From a bacterium (GTDB lineage Bacteria > Zhuqueibacterota > Zhuqueibacteria > Residuimicrobiales > Krinioviventaceae), in contig CAXXMD010000001.1 of NCBI GenBank assembly GCA_963675755.2, forward strand, positions 288,001 through 352,000: 64,000 bases of DNA, read 5' to 3'. The position numbers were made by a program, and so were the translations under genes. Position 1 is the first letter of the stretch; each line of letters starts with the position of its first letter. The notes under the pieces are model-generated. The model was not told the DNA's origin and made no database searches. It saw nothing but the letters and a program-made list of their open reading frames with translations. Positions 56,807 to 64,000 of the stretch are shown here, piece after piece.

Positions 56807-56844
56807 AAACGGGGGTGCAAAATAGTCTCATATCCATTTGAAAA

Positions 56845-58320
56845 CTATTTTTTATCACTTGGAGCGTCAGCACCGCCATCGTAAATTTTCGGGATAATAG
56901 TCTGTTTTCCGGTTTTTATTTCACGTGGGAGTTTATAGACCTTGCCATCTTTATTGCAGAAATAGATGTTGGACTCTGAAACCTTTCTGCAATTTCCATC
57001 CGCCCATAATCCAAAAAAATCACCATGAAAATTCACAGGCCGCCGGACGTATGTGTGATTCTGGGGGCTGTTGTAGGTTAACTGTTTCTCTTTTTCCCAA
57101 CTCTTGCCGGCGTCATTGCTAATCCACAACGCTATTTCTCCACCCGGATTATAACGCTGCGGGCCCGGTTCAGTGGGTGCGATAATCTTCCATTGCTTGT
57201 CCGATGTGATGTACAGCGATCCCATATCGTAATTATTGTCAGAGGTTGTAACATTATGGTTAACCCATTTTTTGCCGTTATAATGCAAAATCTCCCACGT
57301 TCTTGGATCGTTTTTAGGACCGGATTCATATCCCTTGCTGCTGATTACCAATATCACAGGATTTCCCTTTTTATCAAAAGCCAAATCTTTCAGGTAGCAA
57401 TTCAGACCATCTTTTTTATAATCTTTTATTTTGGCATTATTATCAATTTGAGTTAGCGGGAGTTTTATTTCTTTACCGTTACCATTAGTCCAGGTTTGTC
57501 CAAAGTCAGGTGTTTGTAAATAATATAAATTGGTGCGCCAATTCAATCCGCCCTCATCCGGGTGGTAATTGAACGCGACGGAAAAATTTCCATTGTTTTC
57601 GCCGCTGATTTGATAGTGTCCCTTGTCAATTCTGGCAATTATTTTCCATTCTCCCCATTGCACGCCATCTTTGCTTGTATTATAACCAATAACCCGTTGA
57701 TTTACATCATTTTTATCTTTTTGGTATTTGGTAAAAAAGGCCATAAATCCTTTTTCTTTTACATACCAAACCTGGAAATAGGAGAAATTATTAAAGGGTA
57801 CTGTTTTGCCGTCAACGATTTCTGTCGCATTGATCGGTTCAATTTCTGATATATCGAAGGGTTTGGTGCTTTTGGATATATACGATGGTCGAGATGTACC
57901 ATGTGAAGTGGAAAAAATCCAGATAAACCCGTCCTTATCCATTGATATTACCGGATTGTCATGTGCATCTGTTGTATGTTTGTCAAGAACAACAGTGGGA
58001 TTCGCTACTGCACCGGTCTTGTGATCAAAATAAGAAACATTGTGAAATAAAGTAGAATTCTGGTCGTCACTGGCCCCAAAGCAAAAAAAGGTCTTTTCTG
58101 CTTTTTCAGAATACACTGCAAAGGGCCGGTGCTTTGCGCAATACGTTCCCAGGCCTCCGCTGTATTTGAAAACATACTCGTCGTTGGATTTCTGATTTGA
58201 ATACCAGATGCCTTTAAACCCATCAGCTTTAATGTTTAATCGTTTACCAACATCATTTTCCTGTGCTGCCAGGGGGTAACAGTATAGAATGATTAATATC
58301 AAGCATGTTAATTTTTTCAT
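56845..58320 (-). CDS. Secreted BNR-4 repeat beta-propeller protein
   Basis: Signal peptide; YSGGLGTY, DAHDNP.I..DKDGFIWIF, FSYFQ, Asp-boxes TPDFGQTW and SNDAGKSW. Confidence 0.8.
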   Translation of the reverse strand: MKKLTCLILIILYCYPLAAQENDVGKRLNIKADGFKGIWYSNQKSNDEYVFKYSGGLGTYCAKHRPFAVYSEKAEKTFFCFGASDDQNSTLFHNVSYFDHKTGAVANPTVVLDKHTTDAHDNPVISMDKDGFIWIFSTSHGTSRPSYISKSTKPFDISEIEPINATEIVDGKTVPFNNFSYFQVWYVKEKGFMAFFTKYQKDKNDVNQRVIGYNTSKDGVQWGEWKIIARIDKGHYQISGENNGNFSVAFNYHPDEGGLNWRTNLYYLQTPDFGQTWTNGNGKEIKLPLTQIDNNAKIKDYKKDGLNCYLKDLAFDKKGNPVILVISSKGYESGPKNDPRTWEILHYNGKKWVNHNVTTSDNNYDMGSLYITSDKQWKIIAPTEPGPQRYNPGGEIALWISNDAGKSWEKEKQLTYNSPQNHTYVRRPVNFHGDFFGLWADGNCRKVSESNIYFCNKDGKVYKLPREIKTGKQTIIPKIYDGGADAPSDKK

Positions 58321-58359
58321 GATTTTGTACCCTTGTTTTGCTTATCATTAAGTGCCATT

Positions 58360-58398
58360 ACCTCCCGGAGGTCCCGGACCTCCGGGAGGTGCAAGATT
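58360..58398. repeat. REP-like palindrome, copy 2 (uninterrupted, with GCAAGATT tail)
   Basis: ACCTCCCGGAGGTCC-c-GGACCTCCGGGAGGT-GCAAGATT, abutting the stop codon of 58397-60415. Confidence 0.88.
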
Positions 58399-60415
58399 AA
58401 AGAACAATATATTTAAAAAATCTAAAATCCGGATTTTGTGTGATTTCAAATTCCACATTTCCCATGTCATCCACTTTGACGGTTCGGGTGGTTTCATTGA
58501 TCAAATCGGTAAGCTCGATGGTTTGTCCTGCCAGATAATGCAATTGGATTGTTTTTGAGGATTCCTGATTTTCTATTTCGCGAAACAAGGTAATATAACC
58601 GGATTGAGTGGTTTGGTTATGGTTCTGAAATCCTGTCCACGATGCATTGTCGGGTTTTTCGCCTATGGGATATACATAGCCCTTGTACATTTCATTACGG
58701 TGTTTTTTGTAGAGCGCCAGCAAGGGGCGTATTTCTTTACGGTCCTGTTCATCATAAAACTGTGTTTCCTGGAAAAAGATAGGAGAGCCCATCAGGGTAA
58801 TGGCTACGCAATAGAGATGATTGTGTTTATTGGCGTCACTGAGATCAGGATTCACCCGATCTATATTTTGCACAGAAATTTGAAATTTGTTCAGGTTGAC
58901 ATATTTTGCAAGCTGCCACGCATCTCGCAGTACCAGATAGGGGACGTATACCACATGATCGGGTTTGACCGGTTTGCGGTTTTCAAGATAAATGTTACCA
59001 TATTCACGCCCAAAATAATATCCCATTCGCGGAGGATTTTCGGTCACGTCCCAGTTTACCCGGACCAGATGATGGGTATATTCTGTGAATTGATGGACTT
59101 TGGTGATCAGTTCTTCCATTTCATCATAGTTTTTAAGATTGATAAAATCCAGTTTATAATAGTTGAATCCACCCTGATCAAAATTGAATTTTAAGTCTTC
59201 CAATGAGATTCTTTCTCCGGCTGCCCATAATCCCAATATAACATTGTTTTCCCTGGCTGTCTGTCGAATTTTGCCCCAACCATTGGGGTACCGTTCCTCA
59301 ACCGGTTTCCAACTGTCATAATCACTACCCTGCCAGCCATCATCAACCTGCTGCACATCAATACCCAAATCCGCCTGGCTTTTTATTTCCTTGATTACAT
59401 TTTCCTCGGATGCCCGGCTTTGAGCGGATTGTTTGTTATCCGAACTGCCCCAGGTGTTTGCCAGAATATAGATATCTCGAACCGGATCTATGGGGTACCG
59501 GTCCCGGTCAAATGTTTTAAGTGCCAGTTCTCTGCCGGTGTCTCCATTTTGGTATGCAATACTCCAGCTTGCCCATGCAGGCCTGTATCGTTCAAATAAT
59601 ATGTCTTTTTCTGTTAAACTCAAGCCGGTAGAGACCAATCCCGCGTGCCCAACCGTAAAATAACCGGTATTTAATCCCTGCTGATTCACACATTTGTGAG
59701 ATTCTTTGACAATCCCCACGCCTTCTACACCATTTTCAAGCCATATCAAACTGGCCCAGTCATATTTCTCCGTATCCTGTAATGAGGATTCTATCAATTC
59801 TTCTCTGAGAATCTCGGTTTCTCTTTTGTTTCTTCTCTGGGTCTCATTATAATAGCCAATGACGCGACGGTTAACGTCATTCGTTTTCACTGGTAAATAC
59901 TCAACCCGTGCATTATTGGATTCGTTCGATTCCGGTGGAGTGTAATCTGATAATCTTTTTACAAAAATCTGGGTACGTATGCCGGGAGAATTCGGGTATA
60001 CACTGATTTCATATTTCAGTTGCAGATTGGGAGCAGGGTACTTAATTTCAAGCACTACTTTGATATGGTCTGAAGTATAGGGATCGAACCGTACAGGTTC
60101 AGCGCATATGTTATCCAATTCAGCAGTAGTATGGTTGTCAATTAATCCGGGAAAATTCCAGTCACAGTTATAGTCAGGACTGTCTTTAATCCATTCGGTT
60201 CCGGTAATCATATTTTTAAAACTTGTTGTGACCAGCCCGTTCCCAGTCCATTCCCAATCCCTCGAAACCTGACCGGTTTCAACATGGAGTGTATTGCCAT
60301 TTGTGGTTACATATGCTTGTTCAAATTGACATAATATTTTACTATCAAATATACCTGCATACAGGGTATGGGTAAGCAGTATAACGAACAAAATATAGAA
60401 CCTGAATCGCATCAT
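58397..60415 (-). CDS. Clan GH-D (GH36/GH27-like, alpha-galactosidase-type) TIM-barrel glycosidase
   Basis: Signal peptide; NTWG, QVDDGWQ, RYPNG, LGLW, YYKLDF (nucleophile-type), NWDVTE. Confidence 0.7.
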   Translation of the reverse strand: MMRFRFYILFVILLTHTLYAGIFDSKILCQFEQAYVTTNGNTLHVETGQVSRDWEWTGNGLVTTSFKNMITGTEWIKDSPDYNCDWNFPGLIDNHTTAELDNICAEPVRFDPYTSDHIKVVLEIKYPAPNLQLKYEISVYPNSPGIRTQIFVKRLSDYTPPESNESNNARVEYLPVKTNDVNRRVIGYYNETQRRNKRETEILREELIESSLQDTEKYDWASLIWLENGVEGVGIVKESHKCVNQQGLNTGYFTVGHAGLVSTGLSLTEKDILFERYRPAWASWSIAYQNGDTGRELALKTFDRDRYPIDPVRDIYILANTWGSSDNKQSAQSRASEENVIKEIKSQADLGIDVQQVDDGWQGSDYDSWKPVEERYPNGWGKIRQTARENNVILGLWAAGERISLEDLKFNFDQGGFNYYKLDFINLKNYDEMEELITKVHQFTEYTHHLVRVNWDVTENPPRMGYYFGREYGNIYLENRKPVKPDHVVYVPYLVLRDAWQLAKYVNLNKFQISVQNIDRVNPDLSDANKHNHLYCVAITLMGSPIFFQETQFYDEQDRKEIRPLLALYKKHRNEMYKGYVYPIGEKPDNASWTGFQNHNQTTQSGYITLFREIENQESSKTIQLHYLAGQTIELTDLINETTRTVKVDDMGNVEFEITQNPDFRFFKYIVL

Positions 60416-60503
60416 TGTTCCTTTCTACCATATATTATGAACTCAATAGTGAATCGGAATGATGAAAGATAGGAGTTGGTATTTGAAAATCCAAAGGATT
60501 TCT

Positions 60504-60671
60504 TGGACCAGAAATATGTGTAAGGATAAAAATTTTTAACAACGCAGAGGTTGTCATCACCTCCCGGAGGTGCCAGACCTCCGGGAGGTGTAATATCCGC
60601 ATAAGGATGTAAAGATCAGGCTATGGACAAGAAATATGTGGGAAGATTAAATTTTGATAAAAACGCAGAGG
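60504..60671 (+). repeat. Imperfect ~47-bp direct repeat, two copies about 120 bp apart
   Basis: TGGAC(C/A)AGAAATATGTG…AACGCAGAGG at 60504-60550 and 60624-60671. Confidence 0.7.
60558..60590. repeat. REP-like palindrome, copy 3
   Basis: CACCTCCCGGAGGT-gccag-ACCTCCGGGAGGTG. Confidence 0.85.
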
Positions 60672-60733
60672 TCGCCAAGAACGCAGAGGTATTAGTGAAA
60701 ATGTGATAACATTCCTCTGCGTTCTCTGCGTTT
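60661..60733. repeat. ACGCAGAG/CTCTGCGT nested palindromic repeat
   Basis: AAACGCAGAG…GAACGCAGAGG … CCTCTGCGTTCTCTGCGTTT. Confidence 0.7.
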
Positions 60734-60870
60734 AAACAAAGAGTAGCAAACTGGTTGATCAGACCTCGTCTCCGGGATTTTATAGGTGTGGATGTAAATG
60801 TAAAACTTTAGATTCAAATTCGAATTTTAAACAATATTTCCCACCACCCGTAAATCCCAAGACATTGGTT

Positions 60871-61079
60871 GACTATTAAAAAACATAGAATCTCCTTGCC
60901 AAATTTTATTTGGCAAGGAAAGTTGGTTCCAAGCTGTGCTTGGAGAGAGTTTCACAACGCATAGTTTTTTAATATACAGATGCTTGTGAAGCAGAGCTTC
61001 GCACCATATTTTCGTCCCAAATCGAATTTGGGACGGAGAATTATTGATTTTTACAAGAATATTGCCTTTTTCAACAATC
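60871..61079 (+). mobile_element. MITE-like element, copy B
   Basis: Degenerate left end GACTATTAAAAAA, same four hairpins in the same order as copy A, right end TTTTTCAACAATC followed by half-REP TCCGGGAGGTGCAAGATT. Confidence 0.7.
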
Positions 61080-61116
61080 TCCGGGAGGTGCAAGATTTAC
61101 AAGATTGTAAAAAATC

Positions 61117-62421
61117 CTACCACCTCGGCAACACGCGTTTCCAGTTGGGATCGATGTGTTTACGCATTTCAGCTTCATCGTCGCGTTTGCGGTACGGTAC
61201 TTTATTATATCGCTCAACACCGCGGGCAAGTTGATCATAGTCCAGCGTTACACCGAGTCCGGGTTTATCCGGGATTTTCACACAGCCCCCTATAATCGGT
61301 ACGCGTCCGCCTTCAACCACCTCGTCCTTTGCGGACTGCCAGGGATAGTGCGTGTCGCACGCATAGGTCAGGTGCGGTGTGGCAGAAGCCACATGTGCCA
61401 TTCCCATGAGTGAAACACCCAAATGGCTGTTAGAGTGCATGGACAAACCGATGCCGAAAGTCTGTGCCAGTTTGGCTAGATGCTGTACCTGGCGCATACC
61501 ACCCCAGTAATGGTGATCGCATAGAATGATCTGTACTGCGTCCAGTTCGATAGAGCGGGGCAGGTGTTTAAATGACGTTGTTGCCACATTGCTCGCCAGT
61601 GGCACATCAATGCCCGCTTCCAAAAGCTGTTTGCGTACCGCAGCCATGTTTTCGAGTCCAGCAGTGGGATCTTCAAGATAACCGCCGCTCGAAAGCTCCT
61701 TTGCCAACGCTTTGCCGACCTTGACAGATGTTTCCACGGTCCATGCCGAGTTGGGATCGATGCGCAGGGGCACATCCGGTCCGAATTCTATATACATTTG
61801 TTTAACGGTTTCCACTTCAATCTCCGGGTCCAGAACGCCCCCCTTGAATTTTACCGAGCCGAATCCGTATTTGCTGATCATCTGATTTACCTGTTTCACC
61901 AGGGATTCGGGGGAGAGGGCCTCTCCGTACTCGTCCTCGCGCACATCGTCGCCTTCTCCGCCACCACCCGCATGCTTGTAAAAGGGATATGCGGAAAAGG
62001 GTACCTCGTCCCTGACACGACCACCAATCAGATCGCACACCGGTACTCCCACGGACTTGCCAATGAGATCGAGACACGCAACTTCGATGGCTGCGTAGGT
62101 GCGGGTATAGACATCCTGCGGATTTTCACCCGGCACCAGAAACGTCTGTGAACGTTCCATACCGCCTTCGCCGCTTTCCAGCATGGGGGAGAGGATGCCG
62201 GTGAGTTTGTAGGGATTGGCGCCAATGATCTGCGGTTTCAAAGCCAGCAGTGCCTGTGCAGGACCTTCGCCGCCATAGGTCTCGTTAATACCGATGATCC
62301 CGTCATCACTTTCCAGCTCGATAATGGTTCGCAGGGCATAGGGTGAATGCAGACCGTACGAACTTCGCAGGGGTGGATCTGCAATGGCGATAGAGTGTAT
62401 GCGCATGTCTTTAATTTTCAT
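61117..62421 (-). CDS. Glucarate-dehydratase-like enolase-superfamily sugar-acid dehydratase
   Basis: Start ATG 62421 (GGAGA RBS); AIEVACLDLIGK, KFKGG, RIDPN, YLEDP, MHSNSHLG, ACDTHY, PGLGV. Confidence 0.88.
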   Translation of the reverse strand: MKIKDMRIHSIAIADPPLRSSYGLHSPYALRTIIELESDDGIIGINETYGGEGPAQALLALKPQIIGANPYKLTGILSPMLESGEGGMERSQTFLVPGENPQDVYTRTYAAIEVACLDLIGKSVGVPVCDLIGGRVRDEVPFSAYPFYKHAGGGGEGDDVREDEYGEALSPESLVKQVNQMISKYGFGSVKFKGGVLDPEIEVETVKQMYIEFGPDVPLRIDPNSAWTVETSVKVGKALAKELSSGGYLEDPTAGLENMAAVRKQLLEAGIDVPLASNVATTSFKHLPRSIELDAVQIILCDHHYWGGMRQVQHLAKLAQTFGIGLSMHSNSHLGVSLMGMAHVASATPHLTYACDTHYPWQSAKDEVVEGGRVPIIGGCVKIPDKPGLGVTLDYDQLARGVERYNKVPYRKRDDEAEMRKHIDPNWKRVLPRW

Positions 62422-62448
62422 AACGTCTCCCAAAATCCGGTTGATAGC

Positions 62449-63891
62449 TTATATCAGTGGAAATAGTTTTGCCAGAATAGATACAACCACCAGTCCCACA
62501 ATTCCCATAATGGTCAGGGTTACAGAAAAATATTTTATGTTTTCCGCTTCGGTAAATCCGCTCATTTTACAGAAAATCCAGAATCCGCTGTCGTTCATCC
62601 ATGGAAAGGGTTTGGAGCCGCAGCCAATTGCCAGTGCAAGATAAACCGGATGAAAGGCCAGCGTTCCTGCGGCGGCGAGACTGCTTAGAATGCCCACTGC
62701 TGTGATCATGGCAACGGTCGCGGAACCCTGCGCCGTACGCACAAGCGCGGTTACTACAAATGCCAGCGGCAATGCAAAAACATGATAATTGGACGATAGA
62801 TCCTGAATGCGGGGACCAATGCCGGTTTGCTGCAAAATCGCACCAAATGCACCACCGGCTGAGGTGATCAGAATGATGAGTCCTGCACTCGACAATGCGG
62901 CTTGAACCGCATGAGACATTTTGTCTTTTTGTCCCTTGTACACCCGTACCAGAAGCAATAATCCGAATCCTGCCGAGATTGCCAGCGCAATATTGGGATC
63001 ACCCGTCCATCCGAAAAAAGCCAAAATGCCTATTTGCAGAATGTTCAAGGACTCCGGGGCCTGAATTCCCCATGTGGTTGCGAAAATAGTATTTCCGGCA
63101 ATTAATACTATAGGCAGAATAATGGGCAGTAGAGATGCTCCCAAAGATGGCAAATCAGATTCTTTTTTGTTAGACAACTTTTGCAGCTCGTCCAGCGAAA
63201 TATCCGAGGTCTCACGCACCGCCATGGGCCATTTGCGGTTTGCCCATTTGGCATAGAGGTATCCAGATGATGAAGTGAAAAGTCCCACCACAAGGCCCCC
63301 TATCATCATTAATCCAATGGATACACCCAGTTCCCCGGCAACGAACAAGGGGCCGGGAGTTGGGGGGACTAACGAGTGGGCCATGGTACCCCCGGCGATA
63401 ATGGCCATGACATACAAGACATAATTCTTTTTGGTCTTCATGCCCATGGTTTTTGCCAGGGGAATCATTAAATAAAACACCGTATCAAAATAAACAGGTA
63501 TTGCTAAAAGGAACCCACTTGTCAGGAATGCATAGGGCGATCGTTTTTCTCCAAACAGCTTGAGTGCAGAACGAACAATCTTTTCCGCGGCGCCGCTATC
63601 CAGTAAACATTTACCAATAAGTGCAGCCAGTGCGATTAGTATACCTATCTTACCGCACGTCCTTCCGAATTCTGCAGCTACCTTGCGTCCCAACGACTGC
63701 TGGGTAAGCGTTTGGGTTTCGGCAGCAGTAAAGTTTTTCGATTTTGCGTATGTTTCAAGATTCGCCTGGGGGGTAAGCCCTCCCACAACGAGTGCACCCA
63801 AAAGTAAAGCGAGGAAGGGGTGAAGCTTGAGTAATAGAATCCCTCCCAATACGATCAGCATTCCAATGAGCAAGAGGAGTAGTGGGTCCAT
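62449..63891 (-). CDS. GntP family (gluconate/sugar-acid):H+ permease
   Basis: KLHPFLALL, IPVYFD, HSLVPPTPGP, RTAQGSATVAMIT, WMNDSGFW. Confidence 0.93.
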   Translation of the reverse strand: MDPLLLLLIGMLIVLGGILLLKLHPFLALLLGALVVGGLTPQANLETYAKSKNFTAAETQTLTQQSLGRKVAAEFGRTCGKIGILIALAALIGKCLLDSGAAEKIVRSALKLFGEKRSPYAFLTSGFLLAIPVYFDTVFYLMIPLAKTMGMKTKKNYVLYVMAIIAGGTMAHSLVPPTPGPLFVAGELGVSIGLMMIGGLVVGLFTSSSGYLYAKWANRKWPMAVRETSDISLDELQKLSNKKESDLPSLGASLLPIILPIVLIAGNTIFATTWGIQAPESLNILQIGILAFFGWTGDPNIALAISAGFGLLLLVRVYKGQKDKMSHAVQAALSSAGLIILITSAGGAFGAILQQTGIGPRIQDLSSNYHVFALPLAFVVTALVRTAQGSATVAMITAVGILSSLAAAGTLAFHPVYLALAIGCGSKPFPWMNDSGFWIFCKMSGFTEAENIKYFSVTLTIMGIVGLVVVSILAKLFPLI

Positions 63892-63998
63892 TATTTTTCC
63901 TTTTCGTCAATCCATTTTATACTGTGATCTCCGGTGACAGCAATTGTTTCGGCTGGTGAATCAATTTTGAATATGGACCAGGGTCCGGGTATGAATGG
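63891..63998 (-). CDS. 3' end of a CDS truncated by the window edge (…PFIPGPWSIFKIDSPAETIAVTGDHSIKWIDEKEK*)
   Basis: Open frame whose TAA overlaps the GntP ATG (TAATG coupling). Confidence 0.6.
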   Translation of the reverse strand, partial: PFIPGPWSIFKIDSPAETIAVTGDHSIKWIDEKEK

Positions 63999-64000
63999 GT

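Noticed and set aside
56570-61097. CRISPR array from the recurring ~30-bp palindromes
   Set aside because: Copies are hundreds to thousands of bp apart with whole genes between them; no regular spacers and no cas genes
56520-61116. Integron cassette array (co-oriented genes each followed by a palindrome)
   Set aside because: Repeats lack RYYYAAC…GTTRRRY attC ends, and no integrase is present
60827-61295. Short ORFs across MITE copy B as a transposase remnant
   Set aside because: No DDE or HUH motif, and the frames are not preserved in copy A

Overview
Gene-dense, AT-rich bacterial chromosome segment almost entirely devoted to carbohydrate uptake and breakdown: about 35 complete CDS plus two partial CDS at the edges, and one tRNA-Arg(CCG). 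A TonB-dependent receptor, Tat and lipoprotein signals and clear AGGAG/GGAGG Shine-Dalgarno sites, with no SusC/SusD pair, suggest a diderm, non-Bacteroidota organism (KSB1/Calditrichota-like; inference only). Blocks: (1) 0.1-10.5 kb: MBL hydrolase, TonB receptor, CxC membrane protein, FtsX-type ABC and giant PQQ-repeat/malectin protein; (2) 10.6-30.2 kb: two GH92, GmhA, HldA-like kinase/HAD fusion, FucP-type MFS, AGE epimerase, ROK kinase, oxidoreductase, GH28 and GH63-like enzyme, a candidate manno-heptose salvage/catabolic locus; (3) 30.3-39.9 kb: DUF1080, two URO-D-like proteins, MFS, Gfo/Idh/MocA and a PL2-like protein; (4) tRNA-Arg, GH51-PA14 and a SLOG-like gene; (5) 43.5-53.8 kb: GH137, GH2, GH2, GH106, resembling rhamnogalacturonan-II enzymes, with a frameshift in the GH106 signal peptide; (6) 55-61 kb: repeat-rich mosaic in which two ~210-bp four-hairpin MITE-like copies bracket two CAZyme-like genes and appear inserted, with a 7-bp duplication, into a REP-like palindrome; (7) sugar-acid dehydratase and GntP permease. 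No CRISPR array, transposase, integrase or transcriptional regulator was seen. Family assignments come from motif recognition, not database searches.
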